NCBI GenBank assembly: GCA_963833555.1
Contig: CAWHYB010000007.1
Span: 468,274-532,273, forward strand
DNA from: an uncultured Actinomycetes bacterium
GTDB taxonomy: Bacteria > Actinomycetota > Thermoleophilia > UBA2241
Length of the DNA: 64,000 nt
Direction: 5' to 3'
Below are positions 23,701 to 33,330 of this stretch, one piece after another. The first letter of the stretch is position 1. Each line of letters begins with the position of its first letter. Both the position numbers and the translations under genes were made by a program. Under the pieces are notes generated by a model. The model was not told the DNA's origin and made no database searches. It saw nothing but the letters and a program-made list of their open reading frames with translations.

Positions 23701-23930
23701 GTACCCGGCCAGCATCGCCACCGTCGGACCGTCCAACGGCTTCGTCTCCGGCATGTGGCTCAACCGCGACCCGGCTGCCAACAACGCGCCCGGTGCTCAT
23801 CCACGGCACGACGACGGCCGGCAGCCGCTACGTGGCCTATGCCACAAATCCGTTCTCACGGTACGACGCCGAGAGGGAGTGGCCGCTCGTAGTGCAGGCC
23901 GCATTGTGGTCCGATCTGACCGACAAGTGA
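20719..23930 (+). CDS. Secreted M14-family zinc carboxypeptidase-like protein with two inserted beta-rich domains, multiple frameshifts
   Basis: Signal peptide; GKSAGGRDMYAV, NGNEYEGTDA, NPDGR, NRD, LHGY, PTAYIIPFG..QRS; AAGGAG RBS. Confidence 0.82.
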
Positions 23931-23972
23931 GCCCTGGTCGTCGTTCCGGCTGAGCGCTGACCGAGGTCAGCC

Positions 23973-24008
23973 AGCGGGGCGGGCCGCCGCAAGGCGGCCC
24001 GCCCCGCT
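23973..24008 (+). terminator. GC-rich hairpin terminator
   Basis: AGCGGGGCGGGCCGCC-GCAA-GGCGGCCCGCCCCGCT, perfect 16-bp stem, 42 nt after the stop. Confidence 0.8.
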
Positions 24009-24112
24009 CTCCGCACATTTGCAGACGCGACGCCGGCACTCCACCCCAAGGTCGCCCGTGTGCTGCAATCAAGGCCTATGCGTTCGGTTGTCTGGTCGGT
24101 GATTTCAGCGAC

Positions 24113-24680
24113 TTGACCCTCGCGCTGTGCCACAACCAGATGTCGTGCGACGCGGGCGAGACCTTCATGCTTTGGCAGGGCTTCGAGGCTGCCGTCAACA
24201 ACGACGACACTTCCCTGCTGCCGCCGCAGCCGGCGCCCCACTATCTCATCAGCGACAACCACCCACTCGCCACCGGCGCCGCCGGCGGCGAGTGGATAGA
24301 GGACGATTCTCCCTACTGCAACGACCCCACCATCGCCTCAACGCAACCATCGCCGACAACACCATCCACCTCGACAGCGGCAGGTTCGACGGCGGCATCG
24401 ACGGGTACTACGCGCTTGGCGTCCAGGTCTCGCAGGCCCGCATCTGGGGGACCGGGCTCGCAGGTATCGACGTGGGAGCCTTCCCCTATCTACATGGCTC
24501 CAGTATCCCCGGATCCGACAGCGGCCAGCAGATCAGCGGCAACGACGTCAGCGGCCTCACGGCCACGGACGACCAGTACGGAGTGTCGACGGCGCAGATC
24601 TGGCTCGGTCCCGACGCCGACCACTGTCGGGTCGTCGGCGGCGCTACACCGAGAGGGGCGGGCGGCGCCAATGGCGCCAC
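24113..24680 (+). pseudogene. Fragment of a beta-helix-like secreted protein
   Basis: ISDNH, IADNTIHLD, ISGNDVSGL, IWLGPDADHCRVVG repeats; no start, frameshifted. Confidence 0.45.
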
Positions 24681-24738
24681 CCGCCCCTCACCGACTGGGT
24701 CAGAGCAGGCGCCCAGACCCGAATGCGATCAGGAGCGT

Positions 24739-25623
24739 CTACCGCAGACTGAGTTCAGCTTCCTGCACGACCTGCGGTACGAGGTCATCCCAGCCCAGGG
24801 GCATGATGTGGACTCCCTCGCAGTACGGCTTGACCTGCCGGATGATCCGGGCGCTGATCTCCACCGCCTTCTTCTTGCGATCTTCCTTAGGGGTCTCTTC
24901 CATCTCCTGGATGATGGTCTCGGGAACCGTGATGCCGGCCACGTTCTCGTTCATGAACTTGGCCATGGCGGCGCTCTTGAGGATCACGATCCCGGCGATG
25001 ACGGGTACTTTGAACCCCCGTACCTGGTCCATGAAGCTCTCGAATGCTTCCGGCTCGTACACGGCCTGGGTCTGGAAGAACCTGGCGCCGGCCTCGATCT
25101 TCTTCTTCATCTTGATGATCTGCGGCTCGATGGGATCCGCAGCCGGCGTCACGACTGCCCCCAGGAAGAATGCGGGAGCGCTGTCCAGCTCGTGGTCCGC
25201 CATGTCATGACCCTCGTTCAGCGAGCTGGCCGCCTTCAGGAGTTGCACCGAATCGAGATCGAAGACGGGCTTCGCTTCGGTGTGGTCGCCCAGGATTGGG
25301 TGGTCCCCGGTAAGACACAAGACGTTCTCTATGCCTAGCGCCCAAGCGCTCAGCAGGTCGGACTGCAGCGCCAGGCGGTTCCGGTCGCGGCAGGTGAGCT
25401 GGTAGACCGGCTCCAGGCCTCGTTCGGCCAGTCGCACAGAGACGGCCAGCGAACCGACGCGCATGACCGCACTCTGCAGATCGGTGACGTTGATAGCGGT
25501 CACCTGGTCTCGCAGCATCTCGGCATCCTGCAAGCAGTGATCCAGGCTTGCTCCCTTGGGAGGACCGACCTCCCCAGTGACCACGAATCGTCCGCTTTCC
25601 AGTGCGTGCTTGAGTTCACTCAT
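24739..25623 (-). CDS. metF: Methylenetetrahydrofolate reductase, anaerobe-type (MetV-associated)
   Basis: FVVTGEVGPPKG, NVTD, QLTCRDRNRLALQSDL, LTGDH, KKIEAGARFFQTQ, GVHIM. Confidence 0.92.
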   Translation of the reverse strand: MSELKHALESGRFVVTGEVGPPKGASLDHCLQDAEMLRDQVTAINVTDLQSAVMRVGSLAVSVRLAERGLEPVYQLTCRDRNRLALQSDLLSAWALGIENVLCLTGDHPILGDHTEAKPVFDLDSVQLLKAASSLNEGHDMADHELDSAPAFFLGAVVTPAADPIEPQIIKMKKKIEAGARFFQTQAVYEPEAFESFMDQVRGFKVPVIAGIVILKSAAMAKFMNENVAGITVPETIIQEMEETPKEDRKKKAVEISARIIRQVKPYCEGVHIMPLGWDDLVPQVVQEAELSLR

Positions 25624-25659
25624 GGTTCCCTCTGCTCCTTGTCGAGGTCAGACGGTCGT

Positions 25660-26376
25660 TCAGACGCGGCTGGAGACCGTTCGATCGCCGGAGAGTGACT
25701 TGAAGGTCGCTTCGCCTTCGCCGAGCGTGAGGGAGCGCGGCCGGCTCCACCGGGCGTTGTTCTTGGGCGCCACATACGCGTCCATCTGGCCTACGCGCCC
25801 GAGCACCTTGAGCCGGTCGTAGATGAGCTGCCAGCCGCAATCACGCTCTCGGTCCACCTCGCACTTGCCGTCCTTGGCGCCGCCACAGGGACCGTTGAGG
25901 AGACTCTTGGCGCAAAGCGTGACCGGGCAGAGCCCGCCGGTGGCCTCCACGACGCAATCGCCGCAGAGAGAACAGAATTCCGTGATGAAGTTGTCGGTGA
26001 CCGTCTCGCCCCCGAAGATGGTGTCGCATCCGGGATGGACCGCGCCTCCATCGGTCGCGTCCATCACAGCGTGGATGCCCTGACCACAGGCAAGGATGAG
26101 GAACGAGTCCGCCCGCTCAGTCTCAGCCTCGTGAGCTTCGTTCAACATCTTCTGCGCGATGGCGAGCTTGCACAGGCTCACCCCGCTATCGGTGCAGGCC
26201 CACCCGGCAACGTCGACACCCCTTCGCCCGAGCCGTTCCGCCATCTCCCTGGTCTCCGGTTCTCCGCCGGAATGGCACTTGGCGGCGCAGTTGCCGCAGC
26301 CGACTACGAACACTCGCTCGTCTGGCTCGAGATGCCCCAGGATCTCGTCGATCGGCTTCTGGATCGTTGCGTGCAT
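25660..26376 (-). CDS. metV: MetV (MTHFR C-terminal-like Fe-S/Zn subunit)
   Basis: GCGNCA..CHSGG, ACGQG, CSLCGDC, CPVTLCAKSLLNGPCGG...CEV...CGW; directly upstream of metF. Confidence 0.88.
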   Translation of the reverse strand: MHATIQKPIDEILGHLEPDERVFVVGCGNCAAKCHSGGEPETREMAERLGRRGVDVAGWACTDSGVSLCKLAIAQKMLNEAHEAETERADSFLILACGQGIHAVMDATDGGAVHPGCDTIFGGETVTDNFITEFCSLCGDCVVEATGGLCPVTLCAKSLLNGPCGGAKDGKCEVDRERDCGWQLIYDRLKVLGRVGQMDAYVAPKNNARWSRPRSLTLGEGEATFKSLSGDRTVSSRV

Positions 26377-26631
26377 AAGACACGACCTCCGATGCGCTTG
26401 TTGAATCTACTGGCCTGATCCCGTGCGTTGGTCAACCTTCGGCGACGGTCCCATGACCGTCTCCGCCTTGCCGATCTCGCGTCTAGTCGGCGCAGATCGA
26501 GTCGGGCGTGGACCTGCCACTGAGCAGCGTGACGCCCGCGGCGACGACCAGGCCGAACAGCAGTGAGCATGGCGCGACATGCGTTTCGTCGTTCGCGTGG
26601 TCACGATCACCTTCTCCGCCATTTCCGGCGT

Positions 26632-27015
26632 CTAGTGCTGGCAGGCTCCTTCGAGACCCACCACCGGCAAGGCTCCCTGAAGATACGCGGACACGGTCGT
26701 CTGAACGTCGGCGCCTACACCGGCGTGCACGGCGATGCCTACCTGGTTGAAGCCCATCAGCGGGCGGCCACCGATGCCGTCGACCACGATCGCATCGACG
26801 AGGTTCTCTGCAAGGGCGAGGACCGGCGTCATACAGCCGCCGTCCACGTGCGGCGCGTTGGTCAACACCTCGACGCTGTCGATCTTGCCGTCGACCACGT
26901 CGACGAGGGTGAAACACTCGCAGCGGCCGAAGTGGCCGGAGCGCGGGGCTTCGAGACCTCCCGGGAGCTCTGAGGGGATCGCAACGCGGGTCTTCGTGGA
27001 TGTCTGTCCAGTCAT
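26632..27015 (-). CDS. NifB/NifX-family cofactor-binding protein
   Basis: RVAIPS...HFGRCECFTLVDV...GIGGRP. Confidence 0.88.
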   Translation of the reverse strand: MTGQTSTKTRVAIPSELPGGLEAPRSGHFGRCECFTLVDVVDGKIDSVEVLTNAPHVDGGCMTPVLALAENLVDAIVVDGIGGRPLMGFNQVGIAVHAGVGADVQTTVSAYLQGALPVVGLEGACQH

Positions 27016-27066
27016 GGTGCTCGGTCTCCTATCGAATCGGTAGTCACTATTGAGAGGATTGGTCTG

Positions 27067-27615
27067 TCAGGCTGTTGGGCGGCGACCGCTCTGGGCGCCG
27101 CGGCCCTCGCCGCCACCGCGGCCGCCGCCACCGCGGCCGCAACCGCGCCCGTGCGGACCGGGTCCCTGGCCCGCCCCGGAGCCCCATCGCCGGCCACAGC
27201 GTTCGCCGGCGCCCCAGCACATGCCCACATCGGTGGACCCGCAGGAGGGACACGATGCGACGTGGCCCGCCTCAGGCTCGGCGATCCAGCGCGTCTGGCA
27301 CGAGAAGCAGCGCCACTGTTGGGGTTCGACGCGATACTGGCCGCCCCCGATCAGGATCGCCTTGCCGGCGACCAGCGCCTCAGCCACCTTGGCGCGCGAG
27401 CGCTCCAGGACGCGGCCGACGGTCTGACGGGAGACCCCCATCACCTCAGCCGCCTGTTCGTGGCTCAGGCCCTCGAGATCGACGAGCCGTATCGCCTCTA
27501 GTTCGTCGACCGCCAGCTGGAGGTGCTCGAGGTCGCGGGCCGGCACTCCGGCAGGCTTGAAGAGCGTGACACGCGGTACGCCTGCGACCGCGCGCTCGAT
27601 GGGGGGACGGGACAT
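27067..27615 (-). CDS. DUF134-domain protein (HTH + Zn ribbon + Gly/Arg tail)
   Basis: FKPAG..DELEAIRLVDLEGLSHEQAAEVMGVSRQT; CFSC...CPSC. Confidence 0.9.
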   Translation of the reverse strand: MSRPPIERAVAGVPRVTLFKPAGVPARDLEHLQLAVDELEAIRLVDLEGLSHEQAAEVMGVSRQTVGRVLERSRAKVAEALVAGKAILIGGGQYRVEPQQWRCFSCQTRWIAEPEAGHVASCPSCGSTDVGMCWGAGERCGRRWGSGAGQGPGPHGRGCGRGGGGRGGGEGRGAQSGRRPTA

Positions 27616-28029
27616 ACGTTTCCTTCCTGGTTCTTAGCGTATGCTCAGTATAGGGGCGGCGCACGTCTCATTCAAATCTGCGCCTCGCCCTCCCGGGCGC
27701 GGCTCGGCGTCCTCTGGTCTCGCCGCCTCCACGCTCGGTCCGACACGGTAGCCGCCCGCCTCGCCGTCAGGGGAATAGGAGTCACCCACGCGCTGGCGGG
27801 AACCCTCGAGCCCACAAAACGCGTGCACTGGGCCGTGCCGCCGCCGTCATACCGGCGTCGGGGGACACTCGCGGCCACTCACTTCCGTGCTGTGGCGCGA
27901 CGGCCCACTTCACCAAGCACCGTGAAGTAGTGGTGCCGGTCTTGTCGCCAGGTCGGTGATCAGGCGTGGCGGCTGGTCCCGCCAACGAGACTCTGCAGAC
28001 CGCCGCCGACTGCTCGACAGCGGCAACGC

Positions 28030-29055
28030 TCAGTCGCCGCCGACGCGCACCAGCATCTTGCCGAGGTTCTCGCCGCGCATGAGGCCGATGAACGCACCGG
28101 GGGCGTTCTCGACGCCGTCGACGATCGTCTCGGCCAGGCGGATGCGACCGTCGGCCAGCCAGCCGCCGACCTCGCTCGAGAAACGCCGACCGGCTGTCGA
28201 CGTGGTCGCCCACGAGAAAGCCGCGCAGCGTGAGCCGCTTGCCGACCAGCAGCGCGAGGTTGCGCGGGCCGCGCCGGCGACTCGACGGCGTTGTACTGCG
28301 AGATCGCCCCGCATAGGGCCGCCCGGCCGTGCGGACGCAGGGCGCCGATGGCCGCCTCGAGGTGCTCGCCGCCGACGTTGTCGTAGTACACGTCGATGCC
28401 CTCCGGCGCGGCTTCGGCCAGACGCTCCGGCCACGGGGCCCTCGTGATAGTCGAAGGCGGCGTCGAAGCCGAGCTCGTCGCGGAGATAGCGCCACCTTGG
28501 CCGCGGAGCCGGCGCTGCCGACGACGCGGGCCGCGCCGCGCAGCTTGGCGATCTGGCCGGCGAGACTGCCGACGGCGCCGGCGGCACCCGAGACGAAGAC
28601 CGACGTCGCCGGGCTTCAGCGCCGCGATCTCGAGCATGCCGACCCAGGCGGTCAGGCCGACCATGCCGAGGACGCCGAGCCAGGCGCTGAGCCGGCGCCT
28701 CGCCGGCCGGCACGCGGCGAAACGCAGCCGCCGCGCCGAGGGCGTACTCGCGCCAGCCGAGGTCGTGCACGACGATATCGCCGACGACCAGGTCGGCCGA
28801 CTGCGACGCGACGACCTCGCCGACCGCCATGCCGGTCATCACCTCGCCCAAGCGCAAAGGGCGGCACGTACGACTCGGCGTCGCGCATGCGTCCACGCAT
28901 GTAGGGGTCGACCGAGAGGAAGCGATTGTGGACGAGGACCTCGCCCGGGCCGGGTCCGGCACCGCCACTTCGACGACGGCAAAGTCGCTGGGCGCGGCTC
29001 GCCTTGTGGGTACGAGACACGAGGTGGACCTCTTTGCTGTGTGCGAAGTCTGCAT
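28030..29055 (-). CDS. NADP-dependent oxidoreductase (PTGR/CurA-like MDR), frameshifted
   Basis: FLSVDPYMRGRM, GLTAWVG, GIDVYYDNVGG, LCGAISQYN, GENLGK. Confidence 0.9.
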   Translation of the reverse strand: MQTSHTAKRSTSCLVPTRRAAPSDFAVVEVAVPDPARARSSSTIASSRSTPTCVDACATPSRTCRPLRLGEVMTGMAVGEVVASQSADLVVGDIVVHDLGWREYALGAAAAFRRVPAGEAPAQRLARRPRHGRPDRLGRHARDRGAEARRRRSSSRVPPAPSAVSPARSPSCAARPASSAAPAPRPRWRYLRDELGFDAAFDYHEGPVAGASGRSRAGGHRRVLRQRRRRAPRGGHRRPASARPGGPMRGDLAVQRRRVAGAARATSRCWSASGSRCAAFSWATTSTAGRRFSSEVGGWLADGRIRLAETIVDGVENAPGAFIGLMRGENLGKMLVRVGGD

Positions 29056-29433
29056 GCGGGACGCTCCTGGTCGGGGGATGACGACTCAGCTTGCCTGGCC
29101 GGTCGGCCTAACGAAGTTGCGATCTTGTCCGTCGCGAAACCAGGGCGTAGCGAAGGCAAGCGAAAGCCCGCCGCAACCTCGAGGGCGCTGACAAGTCAGC
29201 CGTGCTGAGACGTGCCTGTCTTGTCGCGCTTCAGACGTGTCACGCCAAGCCGCTAGTTGGTTTGTCGTGCCACGCCTTGCCATACCGAGTAGCTGCGGCG
29301 GGCACTATTAGTATCCGCGCCACGGCCCGGTTCTACACGCGTTGCGGCCGCCGGCTGCCTCGCTGGACACGGCCACCGCGCCGACCCGCTGCCGCCGGGC
29401 AGTACGGCGCTCGCGGCCGAGTCCACCTGGCAC

Positions 29434-29478
29434 TTGACAGGGAGCCGTTCTCACTTACGATGACTGATTGTCAGTCAT
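29434..29478 (+). promoter_or_regulatory. Promoter with overlapping TetR operator
   Basis: TTGACA-N16-TACGAT; perfect palindrome ATGACTGA-ttg-TCAGTCAT at 29460-29478. Confidence 0.8.
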
Positions 29479-29516
29479 TTACGTGCCCAAGCCGCCCCTC
29501 TGCCCCTGGAGTGCGC

Positions 29517-30113
29517 ATGCCTCGCGTCGTCGACCGTGAAGCCCGCCGAGCCGAACTCGTCTCGGCTGCCGCAGCCGTGTTCGCGGAGCACGGCGTCGCC
29601 AACACGGCCGTCAGCGACATCGTCGGGGCGGCCGGTGTCGCGCAGGGCACGTTCTACCTCTACTTCGGCTCCAAGGACGATGCAGTGCTGGCCGTCGCGG
29701 AGCGCTTTGGCGACAAGATGATCGAGGGCATCGAGCAGGCTGTGGCTGTACCGCAGATGCCGGCGATCAGGAAGCTCCTTGCGCTCCGCGACGTCTTTGG
29801 CGACTCCACCGCCATCGCCGGTGCCTCCGAGCTCATCGAGGTCCTGCACCACCCTGGGAACCGCGCGATCCATGACCGCCTCGCGGAGCACCTCACACCG
29901 CGGCTCGTAGCGATTGTCCAGGGCATCGTCGAGCAAGGCGTGGACGAGGGTGTGTTCGCCGTCCCCGACATCCATGCCGCCGCCTGGTTCGTACTCGGCG
30001 GGCTGCGGAGCGCCGAGCTTTCGGGAGTCCCGCTCCCTGAGCTGCCCGCGGCGATCGCCGCAGCGACCGCGCTCGCCTTGCGCGCCCTGGGCTGCACGGA
30101 GTCATCCGCGTGA
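29517..30113 (+). CDS. TetR/AcrR-family regulator
   Basis: RRAELVSAAAAVFAEHG...DIVGAAGVAQGTFYLYFGSKD. Confidence 0.92.
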   Translation: MPRVVDREARRAELVSAAAAVFAEHGVANTAVSDIVGAAGVAQGTFYLYFGSKDDAVLAVAERFGDKMIEGIEQAVAVPQMPAIRKLLALRDVFGDSTAIAGASELIEVLHHPGNRAIHDRLAEHLTPRLVAIVQGIVEQGVDEGVFAVPDIHAAAWFVLGGLRSAELSGVPLPELPAAIAAATALALRALGCTESSA

Positions 30114-31021
30114 GCGCCAGCCCCGCCATCGCCACGCACAGGCTCAGCAAGCGCTACGGCGACCTGCTCGCCGTCGACGGCCTCGATCTGAACGTGCGGC
30201 GCGGCGAGATCTACGGCTTCCTGGGCAGGAACGGCGCCGGCAAGACGACCACGATCCGCATGCTCCTCAGCCTCATCCGTCCAAGCGCAGGCGAGGTCGA
30301 GGTTCTGGGCAGGCGCGTGCGGCCGGGCACGAGCGACGTGTTCGCGCGCGTCGGCTACCTCGTCGAGAGCGCGACCGCCTACCCGAATCTGACAGTGCGC
30401 GAGAACCTCGAGATCCAGCGCCGCCTCACTGGCGCGACCCACTCGGCGGTCGCCGATGCCATCAGGCTCATGCGCCTCGAGAACAACGCGGAGCGGCGCG
30501 CCGGCGTACTCTCGCTCGGCAACCGGCATCGGCTCTCGCTCGCGCGGGCGTTGCTGCACCGCCCCGAGCTGCTGATCTTGGATGAACCGGCCAACGCGCT
30601 CGACCCGGCAGGCATCGTCGAAGTCCGTGAGTTGCTGCGATCGCTCGCCAGCGCGCAGGGCCTCACCGTCTTCATGTCGAGCCATATCCTCGCCGAGGTC
30701 GCCCACCTCGCCGACCGCATCGGCATCGTGCACGAGGGCCGTCTGCTCGAGGAGCTCGACCGCGGCCAGCTGCGTGAGAAGGAGCGCCTCTACGTGGCCG
30801 TTGGCGCCTCGTCACCCGGGCAAGCCGCGGCACTGCTCAAGGCTGCCGGCTTTGCCCGGCTCGAGCGGGTCGACGGCCAGCTGCGCGTCTTCGACGCCGA
30901 GCAGCGCACGGCGGAGATCGCCCGCACGCTCGTGGGCGCCGGCCTCGACCTCACCGAGCTCACCGCCGTGCGCGAAGACCTTGAGTCCTACTTCCTGCGA
31001 CTCACCGGAGGCGGGCAATGA
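30110..31021 (+). CDS. ABC transporter ATP-binding protein (BcrA/lantibiotic-immunity type)
   Basis: GRNGAGKTT, LSLGNRHRL, LILDEPANALDP, SSH. Confidence 0.93.
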   Translation: MSASPAIATHRLSKRYGDLLAVDGLDLNVRRGEIYGFLGRNGAGKTTTIRMLLSLIRPSAGEVEVLGRRVRPGTSDVFARVGYLVESATAYPNLTVRENLEIQRRLTGATHSAVADAIRLMRLENNAERRAGVLSLGNRHRLSLARALLHRPELLILDEPANALDPAGIVEVRELLRSLASAQGLTVFMSSHILAEVAHLADRIGIVHEGRLLEELDRGQLREKERLYVAVGASSPGQAAALLKAAGFARLERVDGQLRVFDAEQRTAEIARTLVGAGLDLTELTAVREDLESYFLRLTGGGQ

Positions 31022-31803
31022 TGTTCACGCGAGTGCTCGCGACGGAGCTACTCAAGCTGCGCCGCAGCAAGGTGACGTGGTTCTCATTGGCGGCGCTCTC
31101 GATGGGGCCGCTCGCCATCGGCTTGTTCATGTGGATCGTGCGCTCACCGGGCCGCGCCGCCCAGCTCGGCCTGCTGGGCAGCAAAGCGGACCTCTCTGGA
31201 CTGGCCGCGACCTGGCCCTCGTACTTCGCGACGCTCACCTTGGTGGTCGGCATGGGCGGGCTGCTGCTGCTCGCCTTCATCGTCGCCTATCTCTTTGCCC
31301 GTGAGTACGTCGAGGGCACCGCCAAGAACCTCCTGGCGCTGCCCGTGGGTCGTCACTGGTTCGTGCTCGCCAAACTCGTTGTGGCGGCGCTGTGGTGGGC
31401 TCTGCTCGTGGTGGCGGTGGTCGCCGAGACGTTCCTGATCGGGCTGGTCATGGCGCTGCCGGGCTTCTCGGTGGCCGTGGCCGAAAAGGGCGTGCACGAC
31501 GTCGTGATCGTAGCTGCCATCGTCTACCTGCTCTCACCGCTCGTCGCCTGGATCGCCACGCTCGGACGCGGCTACATGGCGCCGCTGGGCTTCGCGCTGG
31601 CGATGCTTGCGCTTGCCCAGGTGTTCGGCAAGACGGGCTGGGGGCCGTGGTTTCCCTGGTCGATCGTCGCCACGTTCGTCGGCTCGGTCGGCCAGCGGGT
31701 GACGGCAGTCACGCCCGGCAGCCTAGTCGTTGTCGTGCTGGCCTTCTTCGCGGGCATCGCGGCGACGATTGCGCAGCTGCGCTTCGCCGACAACACGCAG
31801 TAA
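31018..31803 (+). CDS. ABC-2 permease (BcrB/LanE-G-like)
   Basis: ELLKLRRS, FAREYVEGTAKNLL.LP, AKL, FPW; 6 TM. Confidence 0.88.
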   Translation: MMFTRVLATELLKLRRSKVTWFSLAALSMGPLAIGLFMWIVRSPGRAAQLGLLGSKADLSGLAATWPSYFATLTLVVGMGGLLLLAFIVAYLFAREYVEGTAKNLLALPVGRHWFVLAKLVVAALWWALLVVAVVAETFLIGLVMALPGFSVAVAEKGVHDVVIVAAIVYLLSPLVAWIATLGRGYMAPLGFALAMLALAQVFGKTGWGPWFPWSIVATFVGSVGQRVTAVTPGSLVVVVLAFFAGIAATIAQLRFADNTQ

Positions 31804-31851
31804 GGGGTGCCGCTCAGCGCAGGTCACCCAGACCTGTTCAGCACCAGGGTG

Positions 31852-33033
31852 CTACTCGAGTTCTGTCCCCCCACGCGGGTCGGTCGGCAGCAAGGAGCAG
31901 ACGGCTTCGTCACTGCGCTCCTCGCCGCGCCGCACGAGCCCGTGTAGGGTGCCCTCGCGCCGAAAGCCGATCTTCGCGGCGACCCGAAGTGAAGCAGCGT
32001 TGCGCGTATCGGCGCCGAGATCGAGCCGCGCGAGACGGAGCCCCTCGAACGCCCACGTGACCGCGAGGCCGAGCGCGGCGGTCGCGACGCCCCTCCCGCG
32101 GGCGCCCGGGTTCACGCGGTAGCCGATCTCGCCGATGGCATGGGGCAGGTCGATGTCGATGTTGAGGCCGCCCAGCAGCATGTCACTCGCCGCGTCAGCG
32201 ACCGCAAAGTGGGCTTGGTGCGCCAGCCACGAGCCGGCGGCGAACTCGAGGAACCCGCGACCGGCCTCCACGCCGTAGGGCCAGGGCACGTGGCTGAGCC
32301 AGCGAACGGTCTCCTCGTCGATCGAGGCGACCAGCGTGTTGAGGTCGTCGGCGCGGTAGGGACGCAGGCGCAGACCGGGTGCCTCGAGGACCGGGAGCTC
32401 GGCTGGCAACTCGATCTCTGCAGTCGGTGGGCGCTCGTCCTGCGCCTCGACCTCCGCCTGCAAGACACCGTCCTCCCAGTCTGGACCAAGGAGCCAGGAG
32501 GTCATCGGCAGTGCGTAGAGGAGGTAGTCGGTGCGATGCTCGCCAACCTGCCGGTAGCTGCGATAGATGGCTTCGGGAAGGAACCCCGCGGCCTCTGCGA
32601 CTCCGCGTCCGCCGGGGTTGCCGACCGCCACGGCCGCCTCGAGGCGCTCGAGACCGAGATCATCGCGGGCCCAGGTCGCCATCAGTGCCAGTGCGTGCCT
32701 CGCGAAGCCGCGCCGCCGGTGCGCGCCGCCGACCCAGTAGGTGAAGTGACCCTGCGCCTCGGCGGGGTCGACGCCGCGCAGGCCGATCGCCCCGACCACC
32801 CGTCCCGTGGTCGCCTCGTCGACGGCCAAGTGGGCGTCGTGGCCGTCGCTCCAGGCAGCCTCGGCGTCACCGATCCAGGTGATGGCGTGTCCGAGGGTGT
32901 AGGGCGACGGCAGACTGAACCAGCGGGCGATGTCCGGCTCCCGGCAGCCGGCCATGAGCGCGGGTGCGTCGTCGATCTTCCAGGGACGCAGGACCACGAC
33001 ATCGTCGGCCAGGTGCGGAAGTCGCCGGCTCAT
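31852..33033 (-). CDS. Tandem-domain GNAT (RimJ/RimL-type) acetyltransferase
   Basis: Two repeats of LRP...YW/YR V...RxRGxA...N.xxxxVAxxxGF. Confidence 0.88.
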   Translation of the reverse strand: MSRRLPHLADDVVVLRPWKIDDAPALMAGCREPDIARWFSLPSPYTLGHAITWIGDAEAAWSDGHDAHLAVDEATTGRVVGAIGLRGVDPAEAQGHFTYWVGGAHRRRGFARHALALMATWARDDLGLERLEAAVAVGNPGGRGVAEAAGFLPEAIYRSYRQVGEHRTDYLLYALPMTSWLLGPDWEDGVLQAEVEAQDERPPTAEIELPAELPVLEAPGLRLRPYRADDLNTLVASIDEETVRWLSHVPWPYGVEAGRGFLEFAAGSWLAHQAHFAVADAASDMLLGGLNIDIDLPHAIGEIGYRVNPGARGRGVATAALGLAVTWAFEGLRLARLDLGADTRNAASLRVAAKIGFRREGTLHGLVRRGEERSDEAVCSLLPTDPRGGTELE

Positions 33034-33173
33034 CGCGTCCGGCAGTTGCTCGAGGTCCCTAACGGGCCGCCGTCCCGATTCCTCATCACTTTCGTCTCGT
33101 TCGTTGGTCTGCAGCCCCTCGGTGCGGCTTCCGACAGCTGCCCGAGCCGGGAGCTCGACTGACGCTCAATGTC

Positions 33174-33278
33174 GTCACCGCCCTCTCGACCACGCTCGGC
33201 GCCTATTCGGACGCCATCCCGGCGAAGCAAGTGGAGGCGGCGGCGCTGATCGCGGGGCTGGTGTTCGCGGGGAAGTAG
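33174..33278 (+). repeat. Tyrosine-integrase 3'-end remnant, copy A
   Basis: STTLGAYSDAIPAKQVEAAALIAGLVFAGK*. Confidence 0.85.
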
Positions 33279-33330
33279 CAGCTGCACGGGCTCCGTCCTT
33301 GCGGTCTTTGCGGTCCCCTCCCTTGCCGAC

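Noticed and set aside
24113-25338. Long plus-strand ORFs overlapping metF, and similar long antisense ORFs throughout the window
   Set aside because: Shadow ORFs of high-GC coding sequence with no recognisable motifs.
29100-29300. Possible c-di-GMP-like riboswitch (GCGAAA/GAAA tetraloop-like words)
   Set aside because: Could not build the GGCAAA/GNRA-receptor two-hairpin architecture.
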